Shown here: piece by piece, positions 1 through 8,819 of the stretch
Layout: each line of letters starts with the position of its first letter
Position numbering within the stretch: position 1 is the first letter of the stretch
From: a virus
Lineage: Duplodnaviria > Caudoviricetes
Reading direction: 5' to 3' (one strand)
Virus record (IMG/VR): IMGVR_UViG_3300017706_000806
Coordinates: 1 to 55,825 of that record
DNA length: 55,825 bases
Translations under genes and position numbers: made by a program
Notes under the pieces: model-generated
Databases searched by the model: none
What the model saw: only the letters and a program-made list of their open reading frames with translations
Told to the model about the DNA's origin: nothing

Positions 1-2
1 AA

Positions 3-572
3 ATATTAAAACAGAAAGTAACACCAAACCAAGCTCTAATTCTATTTGGGATGAAGCAAAAAATTTCATTGCCAACTAGTAATGGAGATGACAAAGATGC
101 CCTTGTTGCAAGAGGTTTTCTTATTTATGATGGTACTTTATATAAAATAACTCCAGAAGGCAGAGCTTTCTGTGCAACCTTAGATAATTACTTTGTTAAA
201 GCTAAGAAGAAGACTGATATACAACTGATGGGTAAAGACTTTGCTGATAATATTAATGTTTATAGGCAGGTATTTCCTAATCAAAAGTTACCAAGCGGTA
301 AACCTGCTAGAGTAAATGTAAAAATGTTATCAGAGTCATTCAGGTGGTTTTTTGAGACATATGACTATGAATGGTCTGATGTTATAAAAGCAACTAAGAT
401 GTACGTAAATGAGTACAGAGATGCAGGTTATATGTACATGCAGACAAGTCAGTACTTTATATGTAAACAAGATAAGCATAAAGTTAAGTCTTCTACGTTA
501 GCTGACTACTGTGATATGATTAGAGATGGTATTGATACAGAACAGAAAACATTTAAAGAAAAAGTAGTATGA
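3..572 (+). CDS. Hypothetical replication-associated protein, possible winged-helix N-terminus; 5'-truncated
   Basis: The frame is open from position 3 (ILKQKVTPNQALILFGM...), so the true start lies upstream of the window. LVARGFL...YKITPEG resembles a wHTH wing, and the gene sits next to DnaB. Confidence 0.6.
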   Translation: MLKQKVTPNQALILFGMKQKISLPTSNGDDKDALVARGFLIYDGTLYKITPEGRAFCATLDNYFVKAKKKTDIQLMGKDFADNINVYRQVFPNQKLPSGKPARVNVKMLSESFRWFFETYDYEWSDVIKATKMYVNEYRDAGYMYMQTSQYFICKQDKHKVKSSTLADYCDMIRDGIDTEQKTFKEKVV

Positions 573-727
573 CAGTAGAAGAACAGGAAGAAGCATTAAA
601 TAAATTAAACCTTATACTTGAGGATTTTCAAATGCTTAGAGATGGTGATTGGGTACCAGATACTGAATCATGTAATTCAAGTATAGACAATGTAACAAGT
701 ATTATATATATAATAGAGAATGGCTAA
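569..727 (+). CDS. 52-aa hypothetical protein (absent from the ORF track)
   Basis: MTVEEQEEALNKLNLILEDFQMLRDGDWVPDTESCNSSIDNVTSIIYIIENG*. It has an ATGA overlap with the upstream stop and overlaps the DnaB start. Confidence 0.65.
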   Translation: MTVEEQEEALNKLNLILEDFQMLRDGDWVPDTESCNSSIDNVTSIIYIIENG

Positions 728-1676
728 ACCAACAGAAGGTTGGGTGGGGCAGTATGCCGCATTCAATGAAGCATTGAAATATATGCAAGGCAGACAGAAT
801 GGGACTGAAAAGTCAATATATACACCTTGGCCTAAGTTTAATGATGCTGCCACTGATGGTTTAGAATGGAATACTCTAACGGTTATTGGTGGTAGGCCAG
901 GTTCAGGTAAAACTTTGATTAAAGATCAAATTATACGTGAGTCTTTTGCACTTAATCCAAATGATGACTTCAGAGTATTAGAATTTCAATTTGAGATGGT
1001 GGGTAGAACCTCAGCCATTAGAGAGTTTAGTTCTGTTACTGGTAAGACTTACAAAGAGTTATGTAGCGCAGGCAGTGTTTTAACTTCTGATGTACTAAAC
1101 ACATGTCATCAGTATGCTAAGGAAAGAGTTAAGAATCCGGTTGATATTATATCAACACCTATGACTGTAAATCAAATGCGTGAGCAAATTGATATGTATA
1201 TGAATATGCATAAAGGAAAAAAGACAATCATAACTCTTGATCATACTATGTTAGTAAAGAGAGCACCGTATCAGAATAGTACATTAGATATGTTATTTGA
1301 GTTAGGTGAGTTCTTTACACAATGTAAAAGAGATTATCCGTGTTTGTTTATTGCATTATCACAGCTTAATAGGAATATAGATAACCCAGACAGAGCAATC
1401 AATGGTAAGTATGGTAACTATATACTTGAGTCAGATATATTTGGTTCAGATGCTATGCTTCAACATGCTGACATGTTAATTGGTATCAATAGGCCTGCTA
1501 AACAGAAGATTGGATTCTATGGTCCTGACAGATATATCATTGAAAATGATAGAACTCTTGTATTACATTTTCTTAAAGCAAGAAATGGAGATGCAAGGAT
1601 GAGTTTTTTCAAGGCTAAGTTTGAACAGATGCAAATAGATGAAATGGCAACACCGGGACAACAAGAAAGAAGATAA
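720..1676 (+). CDS. dnaB: Replicative DNA helicase, DnaB/SF4 RecA-like core
   Basis: Walker A GGRPGSGKT, FEM, Walker B ITLDH, LSQLNR, SDxxGSDAMLQHAD and KARNG motifs. Confidence 0.92.
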   Translation: MAKPTEGWVGQYAAFNEALKYMQGRQNGTEKSIYTPWPKFNDAATDGLEWNTLTVIGGRPGSGKTLIKDQIIRESFALNPNDDFRVLEFQFEMVGRTSAIREFSSVTGKTYKELCSAGSVLTSDVLNTCHQYAKERVKNPVDIISTPMTVNQMREQIDMYMNMHKGKKTIITLDHTMLVKRAPYQNSTLDMLFELGEFFTQCKRDYPCLFIALSQLNRNIDNPDRAINGKYGNYILESDIFGSDAMLQHADMLIGINRPAKQKIGFYGPDRYIIENDRTLVLHFLKARNGDARMSFFKAKFEQMQIDEMATPGQQERR

Positions 1677-1695
1677 TAAATTAAAAAGTAAAACA

Positions 1696-2217
1696 ATGGG
1701 AATAACACCAGATCAACGTAAAAAGAAAGTAGCTGATTTAAGAGAAGAACATGAGGATTACTTTCAGACTGAAGGTAAAATTAATGCATTATATATTCCA
1801 AAGATGGCTTACAGGCCAGGAGGAAAAGATGAACTGCATATCAGTTTCTTTCCTAGTGAATTAGAAAAAGAAGAAAATATATATACAGAATTTGTAAGCA
1901 TAAGTTATGATTCTGAAGATCCTAAAAGGACACTGTATCTTTTGAAACATAATCCTCATTGGAGGGAAGAGTTTGAGCTTTCAACATCAAGCTCAGGGTT
2001 TCAAAGACATCTAGTGCCGGTAAGTGAACTGAAGGTAATTAATGATGTAACCAATAGAGGTAAATTAGATTTAGACTTTGCTGATTTACCAAATCCAGAT
2101 ACTAATAAACTTTCGGCAGGAACTGCTTCTGATAGTTCACTGGTAGATAAACTAGAGGAAATTAATCAAACATTAAAAACGTTAACCAAAGTAATAAATA
2201 ATAAATTAAATAAGTAA
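1696..2217 (+). CDS. Hypothetical protein
   Basis: Long ORF. ATG 1696 follows an A-rich leader and is preferred over 1639, which overlaps dnaB. Confidence 0.75.
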   Translation: MGITPDQRKKKVADLREEHEDYFQTEGKINALYIPKMAYRPGGKDELHISFFPSELEKEENIYTEFVSISYDSEDPKRTLYLLKHNPHWREEFELSTSSSGFQRHLVPVSELKVINDVTNRGKLDLDFADLPNPDTNKLSAGTASDSSLVDKLEEINQTLKTLTKVINNKLNK

Positions 2218-2218
2218 A

Positions 2219-2902
2219 ATGGCCCAAAGTGTATTAATCATTGCAGACTCAGGAACTGGTAAGTCTACATCAATTAGAAATTTAAATCCAGATGAAACGT
2301 TCATTATAAATATTGCTAATAAACCTTTACCATTCAAAGGATGGAAAACCAACTATACTTTAATAAGTAAAGAAAACAAAAAAGGAAACTTAGCATCAGC
2401 TTCATCTGCCGCAGGTATTATGAAAGCTATTAGTCATGTAGATCAAAACATGACACATATCAAAACGTTAGTTATAGATGACTGGCAGTATATGAGTTCT
2501 TTTGAGTACTTTGATAGAGCTAATGAGAAAGGTTATGACAAGTTTACTCAGATTGCAGCAAATCTTGCCCAAGTGGCTAAGATGCCTAAAGATCTAAGAG
2601 ATGACTTAACTGTTATATTCTTAACTCACTCTGAAGATTCAACTGATATCAATGGTAATAGAAAAATTAAAGCAAAAACCATTGGTAAAATGATAGACAA
2701 CACACTAACTTTGGAAGGTCTGTTCTCTATAGTTTTATTTGGAAAGGTAAATAAAAATGATGATGGTGAACTTGAATATGGTTTTGAGACTCAAAACAAT
2801 GGAGAGAACACATGTAAATCACCACAAGGTATGTTTGAAGATTTCTTCATCCCAAACAACCTGCAGTATGTAAAAGACTGTATTAAAAAGTATGAAGAGT
2901 AA
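2219..2902 (+). CDS. AAA_24/Sak4-like ATPase (ssDNA annealing recombinase)
   Basis: IIADSGTGKST Walker A, VIDD Walker B, LTH and KSPQGMF C-terminal motif. Followed by an SSB-like gene. Confidence 0.8.
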   Translation: MAQSVLIIADSGTGKSTSIRNLNPDETFIINIANKPLPFKGWKTNYTLISKENKKGNLASASSAAGIMKAISHVDQNMTHIKTLVIDDWQYMSSFEYFDRANEKGYDKFTQIAANLAQVAKMPKDLRDDLTVIFLTHSEDSTDINGNRKIKAKTIGKMIDNTLTLEGLFSIVLFGKVNKNDDGELEYGFETQNNGENTCKSPQGMFEDFFIPNNLQYVKDCIKKYEE

Positions 2903-2932
2903 AAAATCAAAATTAATTAAAAGAAAAAAATT

Positions 2933-3607
2933 ATGTTAAGTACAAGCGGAATGTCAGCCGGATCAGGCAAAGAAAAACCAGTAATTGAACCAGGTAATCA
3001 AGTAGTTAAAATTAACTCTGTTACTTTTGATCAAACACCATATGATGCAGATGCATATAATATTACATTAAACATTGAGAGTAAGCCTATGGATGGTGAA
3101 TTTCAAGGGTTTCTTGTAGATCAGAACAATCCTAACGGGCCACGTTATCAGGGTCAAGTTGGTAGAGTTAGATTTAGCCCTTATGCATATAAAGACACAA
3201 CTTTAGCTAACGGTAATGAAATTAGCCGTGACACAGAAGTTATGAAAGCAATGATCTTTTTATCTGAAGCACTAGGTAAAAGAGCTGAACTAGATAAGAT
3301 CAGTGCAAATACTATTGAAGAGTTTATGACAGCATGTAATTCATTGTTTTCTGGCTCAGAGTATGTAAATATGTGTTTAGGTTCACGTGAGTGGGAAAAC
3401 AAAGATGGTTATATAAACAATGATTTGTTTCTACCTAAGCTAAGTAAAGCTGGTGTACCCATTGAAGCATTGGGTACTGAACCAAGTAGACTCTTAACTT
3501 ATGACTCAAATAATAATAATCATTTGAGAAAAGTAATTAAGAAAGTTTCACCTACTACAAACAATTTTGAGCCTGCAAAGACAACAGGTGATGATTTTGA
3601 TTTGTAA
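2933..3607 (+). CDS. Putative single-stranded DNA-binding protein
   Basis: Follows the Sak4-like ATPase, has a beta-rich N-terminus and an acidic/hydrophobic tail (GDDFDL). Confidence 0.6.
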   Translation: MLSTSGMSAGSGKEKPVIEPGNQVVKINSVTFDQTPYDADAYNITLNIESKPMDGEFQGFLVDQNNPNGPRYQGQVGRVRFSPYAYKDTTLANGNEISRDTEVMKAMIFLSEALGKRAELDKISANTIEEFMTACNSLFSGSEYVNMCLGSREWENKDGYINNDLFLPKLSKAGVPIEALGTEPSRLLTYDSNNNNHLRKVIKKVSPTTNNFEPAKTTGDDFDL

Positions 3608-3629
3608 TAATTTGTATTGATAAAGCTTT

Positions 3630-3660
3630 AAGGGGAGTGTAGTGCTCCCCTTTTTGTTTT
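3630..3660 (+). terminator. Rho-independent terminator
   Basis: AAGGGGAG(tgtagtg)CTCCCCTT stem followed by a T-run. Confidence 0.8.
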
Positions 3661-3674
3661 ATAAACAGGACCTT

Positions 3675-4649
3675 ATGTTTAGCACTAAAAATTTAGTATT
3701 GGATATGGAAGATATACCTAGTTATTGGGTGTTTCAACATTATCTAAATTTATCAGAGTCATTGACTGGTCAAGATGTTAAAATAATTTCTGTATTTAAT
3801 CCTTCTGAAAAGACGGCAAGCTTATGTATTTATGTAGATACTAATCTACAACAGTATAAGTTTAAATGCTTTTCTACAGGTAAAAGTGGTAATAAGATTG
3901 ATTTGATAAAGCATATGTTTGACTTAAGTTATTCATTAGCCGCCATGAAGGTTGTTAGTGACTATAACTTATATGTAAAGACAGAAGACTTTAAAGAAGT
4001 AAAACTTAAACCTGCTGCTAAATGGCAGATAGATTTTATAAAACACAGACCGTGGAGTGAAGAAGATGGCCGCTATTGGCTGTCCTATAGAATAGGAATG
4101 TCTATACTTAATGAATATAATGTAAAACCTATTGAGTACTATAACATGATTAAAGAAGAGAATAATCAAGTTAGTGCTCTTAAAGTAGAGGGGTTGCATA
4201 TTTATGGTTACTTTGATAGATACGGTGAAGTATATAAAATATATCAACCAAAAAGCAAACATAAATTTCATAAAGTAAATTCACACCTGCAGGGACTTGA
4301 TCAACTAAAGTATGATAAACCGTACTTGGTAATATGTTCATCCCTTAAAGATGCATTATGTCTTAAATCAATAGGTTATAACCTTGAAGTATTAGCACCA
4401 GATAGTGAGAATACAATGATAAAACCTCATGTAATTCAATATCTGAAAAAGAAATATGATAAGGTAATTACACTATTTGATAATGATGAAGCAGGTAAAA
4501 CAGCAATTGAAAAGTATGCAAAAGCATATAAAATTAATGGTTGTGCTTTAACTATATGTAAAGACATATCAGATGCAATGAAGGAGTATGGTTTTGACAA
4601 AGTGCATGCTGAGTTAAAACCTTTAATTAAAAAAACATTAAATAAATAA
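3675..4649 (+). CDS. DNA primase (DnaG-like, Toprim)
   Basis: Relic Zn-binding domain (EKTASL...FKCFSTG), YKIYQP, Toprim LFDNDEAG and KDISD. ATG 3675 is preferred because 3642 falls inside the terminator. Confidence 0.85.
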   Translation: MFSTKNLVLDMEDIPSYWVFQHYLNLSESLTGQDVKIISVFNPSEKTASLCIYVDTNLQQYKFKCFSTGKSGNKIDLIKHMFDLSYSLAAMKVVSDYNLYVKTEDFKEVKLKPAAKWQIDFIKHRPWSEEDGRYWLSYRIGMSILNEYNVKPIEYYNMIKEENNQVSALKVEGLHIYGYFDRYGEVYKIYQPKSKHKFHKVNSHLQGLDQLKYDKPYLVICSSLKDALCLKSIGYNLEVLAPDSENTMIKPHVIQYLKKKYDKVITLFDNDEAGKTAIEKYAKAYKINGCALTICKDISDAMKEYGFDKVHAELKPLIKKTLNK

Positions 4650-4650
4650 T

Positions 4651-5052
4651 ATGGAAAAAAACTCAAATAGGAAATGGTTTATACCTGGTTCTGTACCCTC
4701 CAGTAAAAATGGAAGAAGGTGGACAGGTAAGTACTTTATAGCAAGTAAAACTGTAGTAAATTACAGAAAGCTCACTAAGGAATATTATCAAAAATATGCC
4801 AGTGAGTTCAAAGAAGAGTTAGCAAAGCATAAGATGCCCGCTAAGATATCTTTTACTTTTGTTAGAGGTACACGTCATAAGTTTGACTATATAAATCCAG
4901 CTCAGACTGTGCAGGATGATATGGTTAAAGCAGGATGGATAGAAGATGATAATGCAGAATTTATCTTACCTGTTTTTATTCAGTACACATATGATAAAAA
5001 GAATCCAGGTGTATGGATAGAGATATTAGATAGTGAGCCTGATGACAAGTAA
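4651..5052 (+). CDS. RusA-like Holliday junction resolvase
   Basis: VPSSKN N-terminal motif, FDYINPAQTVQD and GWIEDDN acidic catalytic pattern. Confidence 0.75.
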   Translation: MEKNSNRKWFIPGSVPSSKNGRRWTGKYFIASKTVVNYRKLTKEYYQKYASEFKEELAKHKMPAKISFTFVRGTRHKFDYINPAQTVQDDMVKAGWIEDDNAEFILPVFIQYTYDKKNPGVWIEILDSEPDDK

Positions 5053-5326
5053 AGAATTTTTTCAAATTGTTAGACTGTTAAATGGATTACCAGAAGATTT
5101 TGACTTAGGAGTTAGTTGTTATAATAGTTTTGAGTCTAAGTCACCCATGTTTGATTTACTGTTAACTAAAGCACTGAGGTATAAAAAGAGATCCAGATTT
5201 ATCAAAGAAATGGAACTTAAGTATACACCTATAGAACTTACAGTTAAGGTAATAAACAGGAAGATAAATGGTGAGAAACAGAATTCTGTATACAAAAACA
5301 TTTTATTAGAAATTATGAATAATTAG
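5033..5326 (+). CDS. Hypothetical helical protein; N-terminus related to 7773 and 8816 products
   Basis: Coupled to both neighbours. The MTSKEFFQIVRLLNGLPEDFDLG segment matches a motif in the two downstream paralogues. Start could be ATG 5042. Confidence 0.7.
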   Translation: MSLMTSKEFFQIVRLLNGLPEDFDLGVSCYNSFESKSPMFDLLLTKALRYKKRSRFIKEMELKYTPIELTVKVINRKINGEKQNSVYKNILLEIMNN

Positions 5327-5328
5327 AT

Positions 5329-6492
5329 ATGGTAAATATACAAGACTTAGTTGCTAAGACAACTAAAAATTTAATACTTAGTGAGCCCTTTTACGGGCTT
5401 TTTTTGATTGGTATAAATAAACAATTCAGTGATAAGATACCTACAGCAGGTGTTAGTAAACACGGTATTGGCATGCAGTTAACAGTTAATCCTGAGTTTT
5501 ACACTAGTTTAAGTGAGGATCACAGGTCAGGACTGATTAAGCATGAACTTTTACACATAGCGTTTGGGCATTTGATAATGAGAGATCTTTATTCAAATCA
5601 TAAGCTATTTAATATAGCTGCTGATTTAGAGATTAATCAATATATACCAGAGCATAAGTTACCAGAAGGTGGGTTATTACTTTCTAGTTTTCCAGAGTTG
5701 AATCTTCCTAATAAAGCAGGTACTAAAAAGTACTATGAGTTATTGGAACAGGCACAGGAGGATGGAAGTAGTCCATCTTTGGATAGCTTAATGGATGAAA
5801 TGGATGGTGATAGTCAGTATTGTCATGGTACATGGGATGAATTTGATGAACTATCTGAAGCAGATAAGAAACTGGTACAGAAGCAAGTTGATCATCAGCT
5901 TAAAGAAGCAACAGAAGAAACAATTAAGAAACAGGGTACTGTACCTGGAGAGTTATCTGAACTTATTGAAAGACTGATGCATATTGAACCTGCTAAGTTT
6001 GATTGGAAAGGGTACCTTAGAAGATTTGTTGGTAATTCTAGTATAATATACACTAAAAAACTAAGACGTAAGTACAACAAACGTTATTCAGAAAACCCTG
6101 GCCTTAAGATTAAATTCAAGAATCATATACTGGTTGGTGTTGATACAAGTGGGTCTGTAAACAATGATGAGCTAAAGGAATTCTTTAGTGAACTTACGCA
6201 TATGCATAAGACAGGTCACAAGATTACAGTTGCACAGTGTGATACTAGATTAAATAGTGTAAAAGAATTCAATCCAAAGAAGGATTGGGAAATACATGGT
6301 CGTGGTGGTACAAGTTTCCAACCAGTGGTTGATCACTTTAATGAAAAAAGAGGAGCTTATACAGCTCTTATATATTTAACAGATGGTGAAGCTTATCCGC
6401 CAGAAGACTGTCCAAAGAACACTTTGTGGGTACTAAGCAGTGTTTCTAGTATGAATGATAGCTTACCCGGTTTAGTAATAAAATTAAATTAA
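5329..6492 (+). CDS. Zincin-like metallopeptidase fused to vWA domain (DUF2201-like)
   Basis: HELLH and NIAADLEIN in the N-terminal half. MIDAS DTSGS, QCDT, GRGGTSF and YLTDG in the C-terminal half. Confidence 0.9.
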   Translation: MVNIQDLVAKTTKNLILSEPFYGLFLIGINKQFSDKIPTAGVSKHGIGMQLTVNPEFYTSLSEDHRSGLIKHELLHIAFGHLIMRDLYSNHKLFNIAADLEINQYIPEHKLPEGGLLLSSFPELNLPNKAGTKKYYELLEQAQEDGSSPSLDSLMDEMDGDSQYCHGTWDEFDELSEADKKLVQKQVDHQLKEATEETIKKQGTVPGELSELIERLMHIEPAKFDWKGYLRRFVGNSSIIYTKKLRRKYNKRYSENPGLKIKFKNHILVGVDTSGSVNNDELKEFFSELTHMHKTGHKITVAQCDTRLNSVKEFNPKKDWEIHGRGGTSFQPVVDHFNEKRGAYTALIYLTDGEAYPPEDCPKNTLWVLSSVSSMNDSLPGLVIKLN

Positions 6493-6501
6493 TAGAAAAA
6501 A

Positions 6502-7770
6502 ATGGCACAAGTAAATTTAAATGTAACTGAGTTAAAAGGATTTGTAAATCACATAATTACAAACAACAGATTTTTGCAAGAACAAGGTAAGAATTCTGTA
6601 TCAGTAGAGGTAGTTGGTGAATCAGGTATTGGTAAAACATCTACTATTGTTGAACTGGCAAAGGAAAATGGTTTAAACTTTGTGAAGTTAAACTTAGCAC
6701 AGATAGAAGAGCTAGGTGATCTAGTAGGTTTTCCTGTTAGACAATTTCAAATGTATAAAGAGACAAAAGTTTCACCAAAGGCAAATGACATGTCTTATAC
6801 TGCAGCACAAAGAACGGCTGCATCATCTAATCTAGCACAAATTCAACATCAGGTAACAAAGAAGGTTGGTTTATGGGTTGATGAACTTGCTGTACAGGAG
6901 TATCTTAAAACAGGATACAAAATGACAGGTAAGAACAGAATGTCTTATTGTCCACCAGAGTGGATTGCTGATAAAAAATCAGGTGGTATCTTATTACTAG
7001 ATGACTGGAACCGTGCTGATGTACGTTTCATTCAAGCTGTGATGGAACTGATTGATCGTCAGAGTTATATCTCATGGACTCTTCCAAAAGATTGGCATAT
7101 AATGCTAACTGCAAATCCGGATAACGGAGACTATATGGTTAACAGTGTAGATAGTGCACAGAAGACCAGATATGTAACTGCTAATCTGAAGTTTGATATT
7201 AATGTATGGGCCCAATGGGCGGAAGGTGCAGGTATAGATACAAGATGTATCAACTTCTTGCTTCTTCATCCTGAGCTTGTAACTCAAGAAACTAATGCAA
7301 GATCTATTACTACATTCTTTAATGCAATATCAAGTTTTGATAGCTTTGAAGATAACCTTTCACTGATTCAGATGATAGGTGAGGGTAGTGTAGGAGATGC
7401 ATTTGCTTCTATGTTTACCACATTTATTAATAATAAACTTGATAAGTTAGTAACACCAAAAGATCTATTGACACATGATAGTCAACAGTATATACTTGGT
7501 GAACTTAGAGGGTGTATTGGTAAAGATGATACTTACCGTGCAGATATTGCATCAACTCTAGCAACACGTTTAGCTAACTATGCGGTTGTTTACAGTAAAG
7601 ACAATACTATAAGTCAGAAGATAACAGATAGACTAAAGACTTTATGTACGGAAGACTATTTTACTAATGACCTGAAGTATTTGATTGTAAGATCAATATT
7701 TGGTGGTAACAAGAAAAAGTTTAATAAATTAATGATGATCCCAGAGATTGTTAAAATGACAATGAAATAA
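6502..7770 (+). CDS. MoxR-like AAA+ ATPase
   Basis: GESGIGKT, GDLVGFP, Walker B LLLDDWNRA, sensor TANP and DSAQKTRY. Paired with a vWA gene. Confidence 0.88.
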   Translation: MAQVNLNVTELKGFVNHIITNNRFLQEQGKNSVSVEVVGESGIGKTSTIVELAKENGLNFVKLNLAQIEELGDLVGFPVRQFQMYKETKVSPKANDMSYTAAQRTAASSNLAQIQHQVTKKVGLWVDELAVQEYLKTGYKMTGKNRMSYCPPEWIADKKSGGILLLDDWNRADVRFIQAVMELIDRQSYISWTLPKDWHIMLTANPDNGDYMVNSVDSAQKTRYVTANLKFDINVWAQWAEGAGIDTRCINFLLLHPELVTQETNARSITTFFNAISSFDSFEDNLSLIQMIGEGSVGDAFASMFTTFINNKLDKLVTPKDLLTHDSQQYILGELRGCIGKDDTYRADIASTLATRLANYAVVYSKDNTISQKITDRLKTLCTEDYFTNDLKYLIVRSIFGGNKKKFNKLMMIPEIVKMTMK

Positions 7771-7772
7771 TT

Positions 7773-8819
7773 ATGGCAAATAAATCAGTATATCAAGATT
7801 TTGATGCTGATGCTTTAACTTACTTTGCATTAGAGAGTGACACTGTTTACGGTGTCCTCTCTAGTTCAGGGGAGTGCAATAAAGTATTATGCACACAAGA
7901 TCACACAACGTATGATAAAATAAACAGTATATTAACGGTCCCCACAGAGGATGACCAAACTTTTAGAACTAAAAAGAAAGCTTTTATATTACCTAAATGT
8001 AATGTATCACAAGATAGATTAAAGGCTGCTCTTAAAGAGCACAGTATAACTGTAACAAATGATTATGAATTAGCAGATCTTATAATTGGACATGAGGATA
8101 TCAGTACTCATACATTACAAAATGCGGAAAACATTCCTTCTACAGTAATGATGAATAAGATATGGAATTATGAAACTACATTAGGTGATGCAACAAAAGA
8201 TGGTGTTCTTAAAAGCGTATCAGATTCCGGACTAGAGTGTATTGTTACACCTAAAATTACAGATCATGTAATGTACTATAATATAGATATAGAAAATAGT
8301 TTATATGATAACTGGATGATCACTGGTATGGCTTTGAATTTAGCTCATATAATTGATACTACAAACGTTAGTGTTATTGATCCTGAGACTGTACTTCATG
8401 CGTCTGCTACTAAAATGATTCTTGATGAAGAGTTGCTTGCAGACCTTAAGAGTCAGTTGGATTCGTATAGGGATGATAAAGCTTTAGCTCTTAAAATTAT
8501 ACCAACCTTGGATTATAAGACAAACTATCACTTACTGTGGCAGTTTGCCCAAGATTGTAGTCAGATAATATATGCTGACAATAGAGACAAAGACTTACAG
8601 TACTGGATAAAGGAATCTGACTTTCACAGTCTGATGCGCAGGAGTGCACAAGACATGATACTGTGGTTAGAGGAACAGGAAAAGCTAGATAAAGTAACAT
8701 TTAGATATTTGGAACCTATTGTAAGGAAAGAAATATCTATAGATAACAGAGATCTATATACGTTTAAAGTCTCTGTTAAAAAAGAGTATCAGAAATATTT
8801 AATAAAAGAAAAATTATGA
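7773..8819 (+). CDS. Hypothetical protein with BRCT-like segment (paralogue A)
   Basis: KKAFILPKCNVSQDRLKAALKEHSITVTNDYELADLII follows the BRCT beta-alpha-beta pattern. Aligns by eye with 8816..9946. Confidence 0.7.
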   Translation: MANKSVYQDFDADALTYFALESDTVYGVLSSSGECNKVLCTQDHTTYDKINSILTVPTEDDQTFRTKKKAFILPKCNVSQDRLKAALKEHSITVTNDYELADLIIGHEDISTHTLQNAENIPSTVMMNKIWNYETTLGDATKDGVLKSVSDSGLECIVTPKITDHVMYYNIDIENSLYDNWMITGMALNLAHIIDTTNVSVIDPETVLHASATKMILDEELLADLKSQLDSYRDDKALALKIIPTLDYKTNYHLLWQFAQDCSQIIYADNRDKDLQYWIKESDFHSLMRRSAQDMILWLEEQEKLDKVTFRYLEPIVRKEISIDNRDLYTFKVSVKKEYQKYLIKEKL

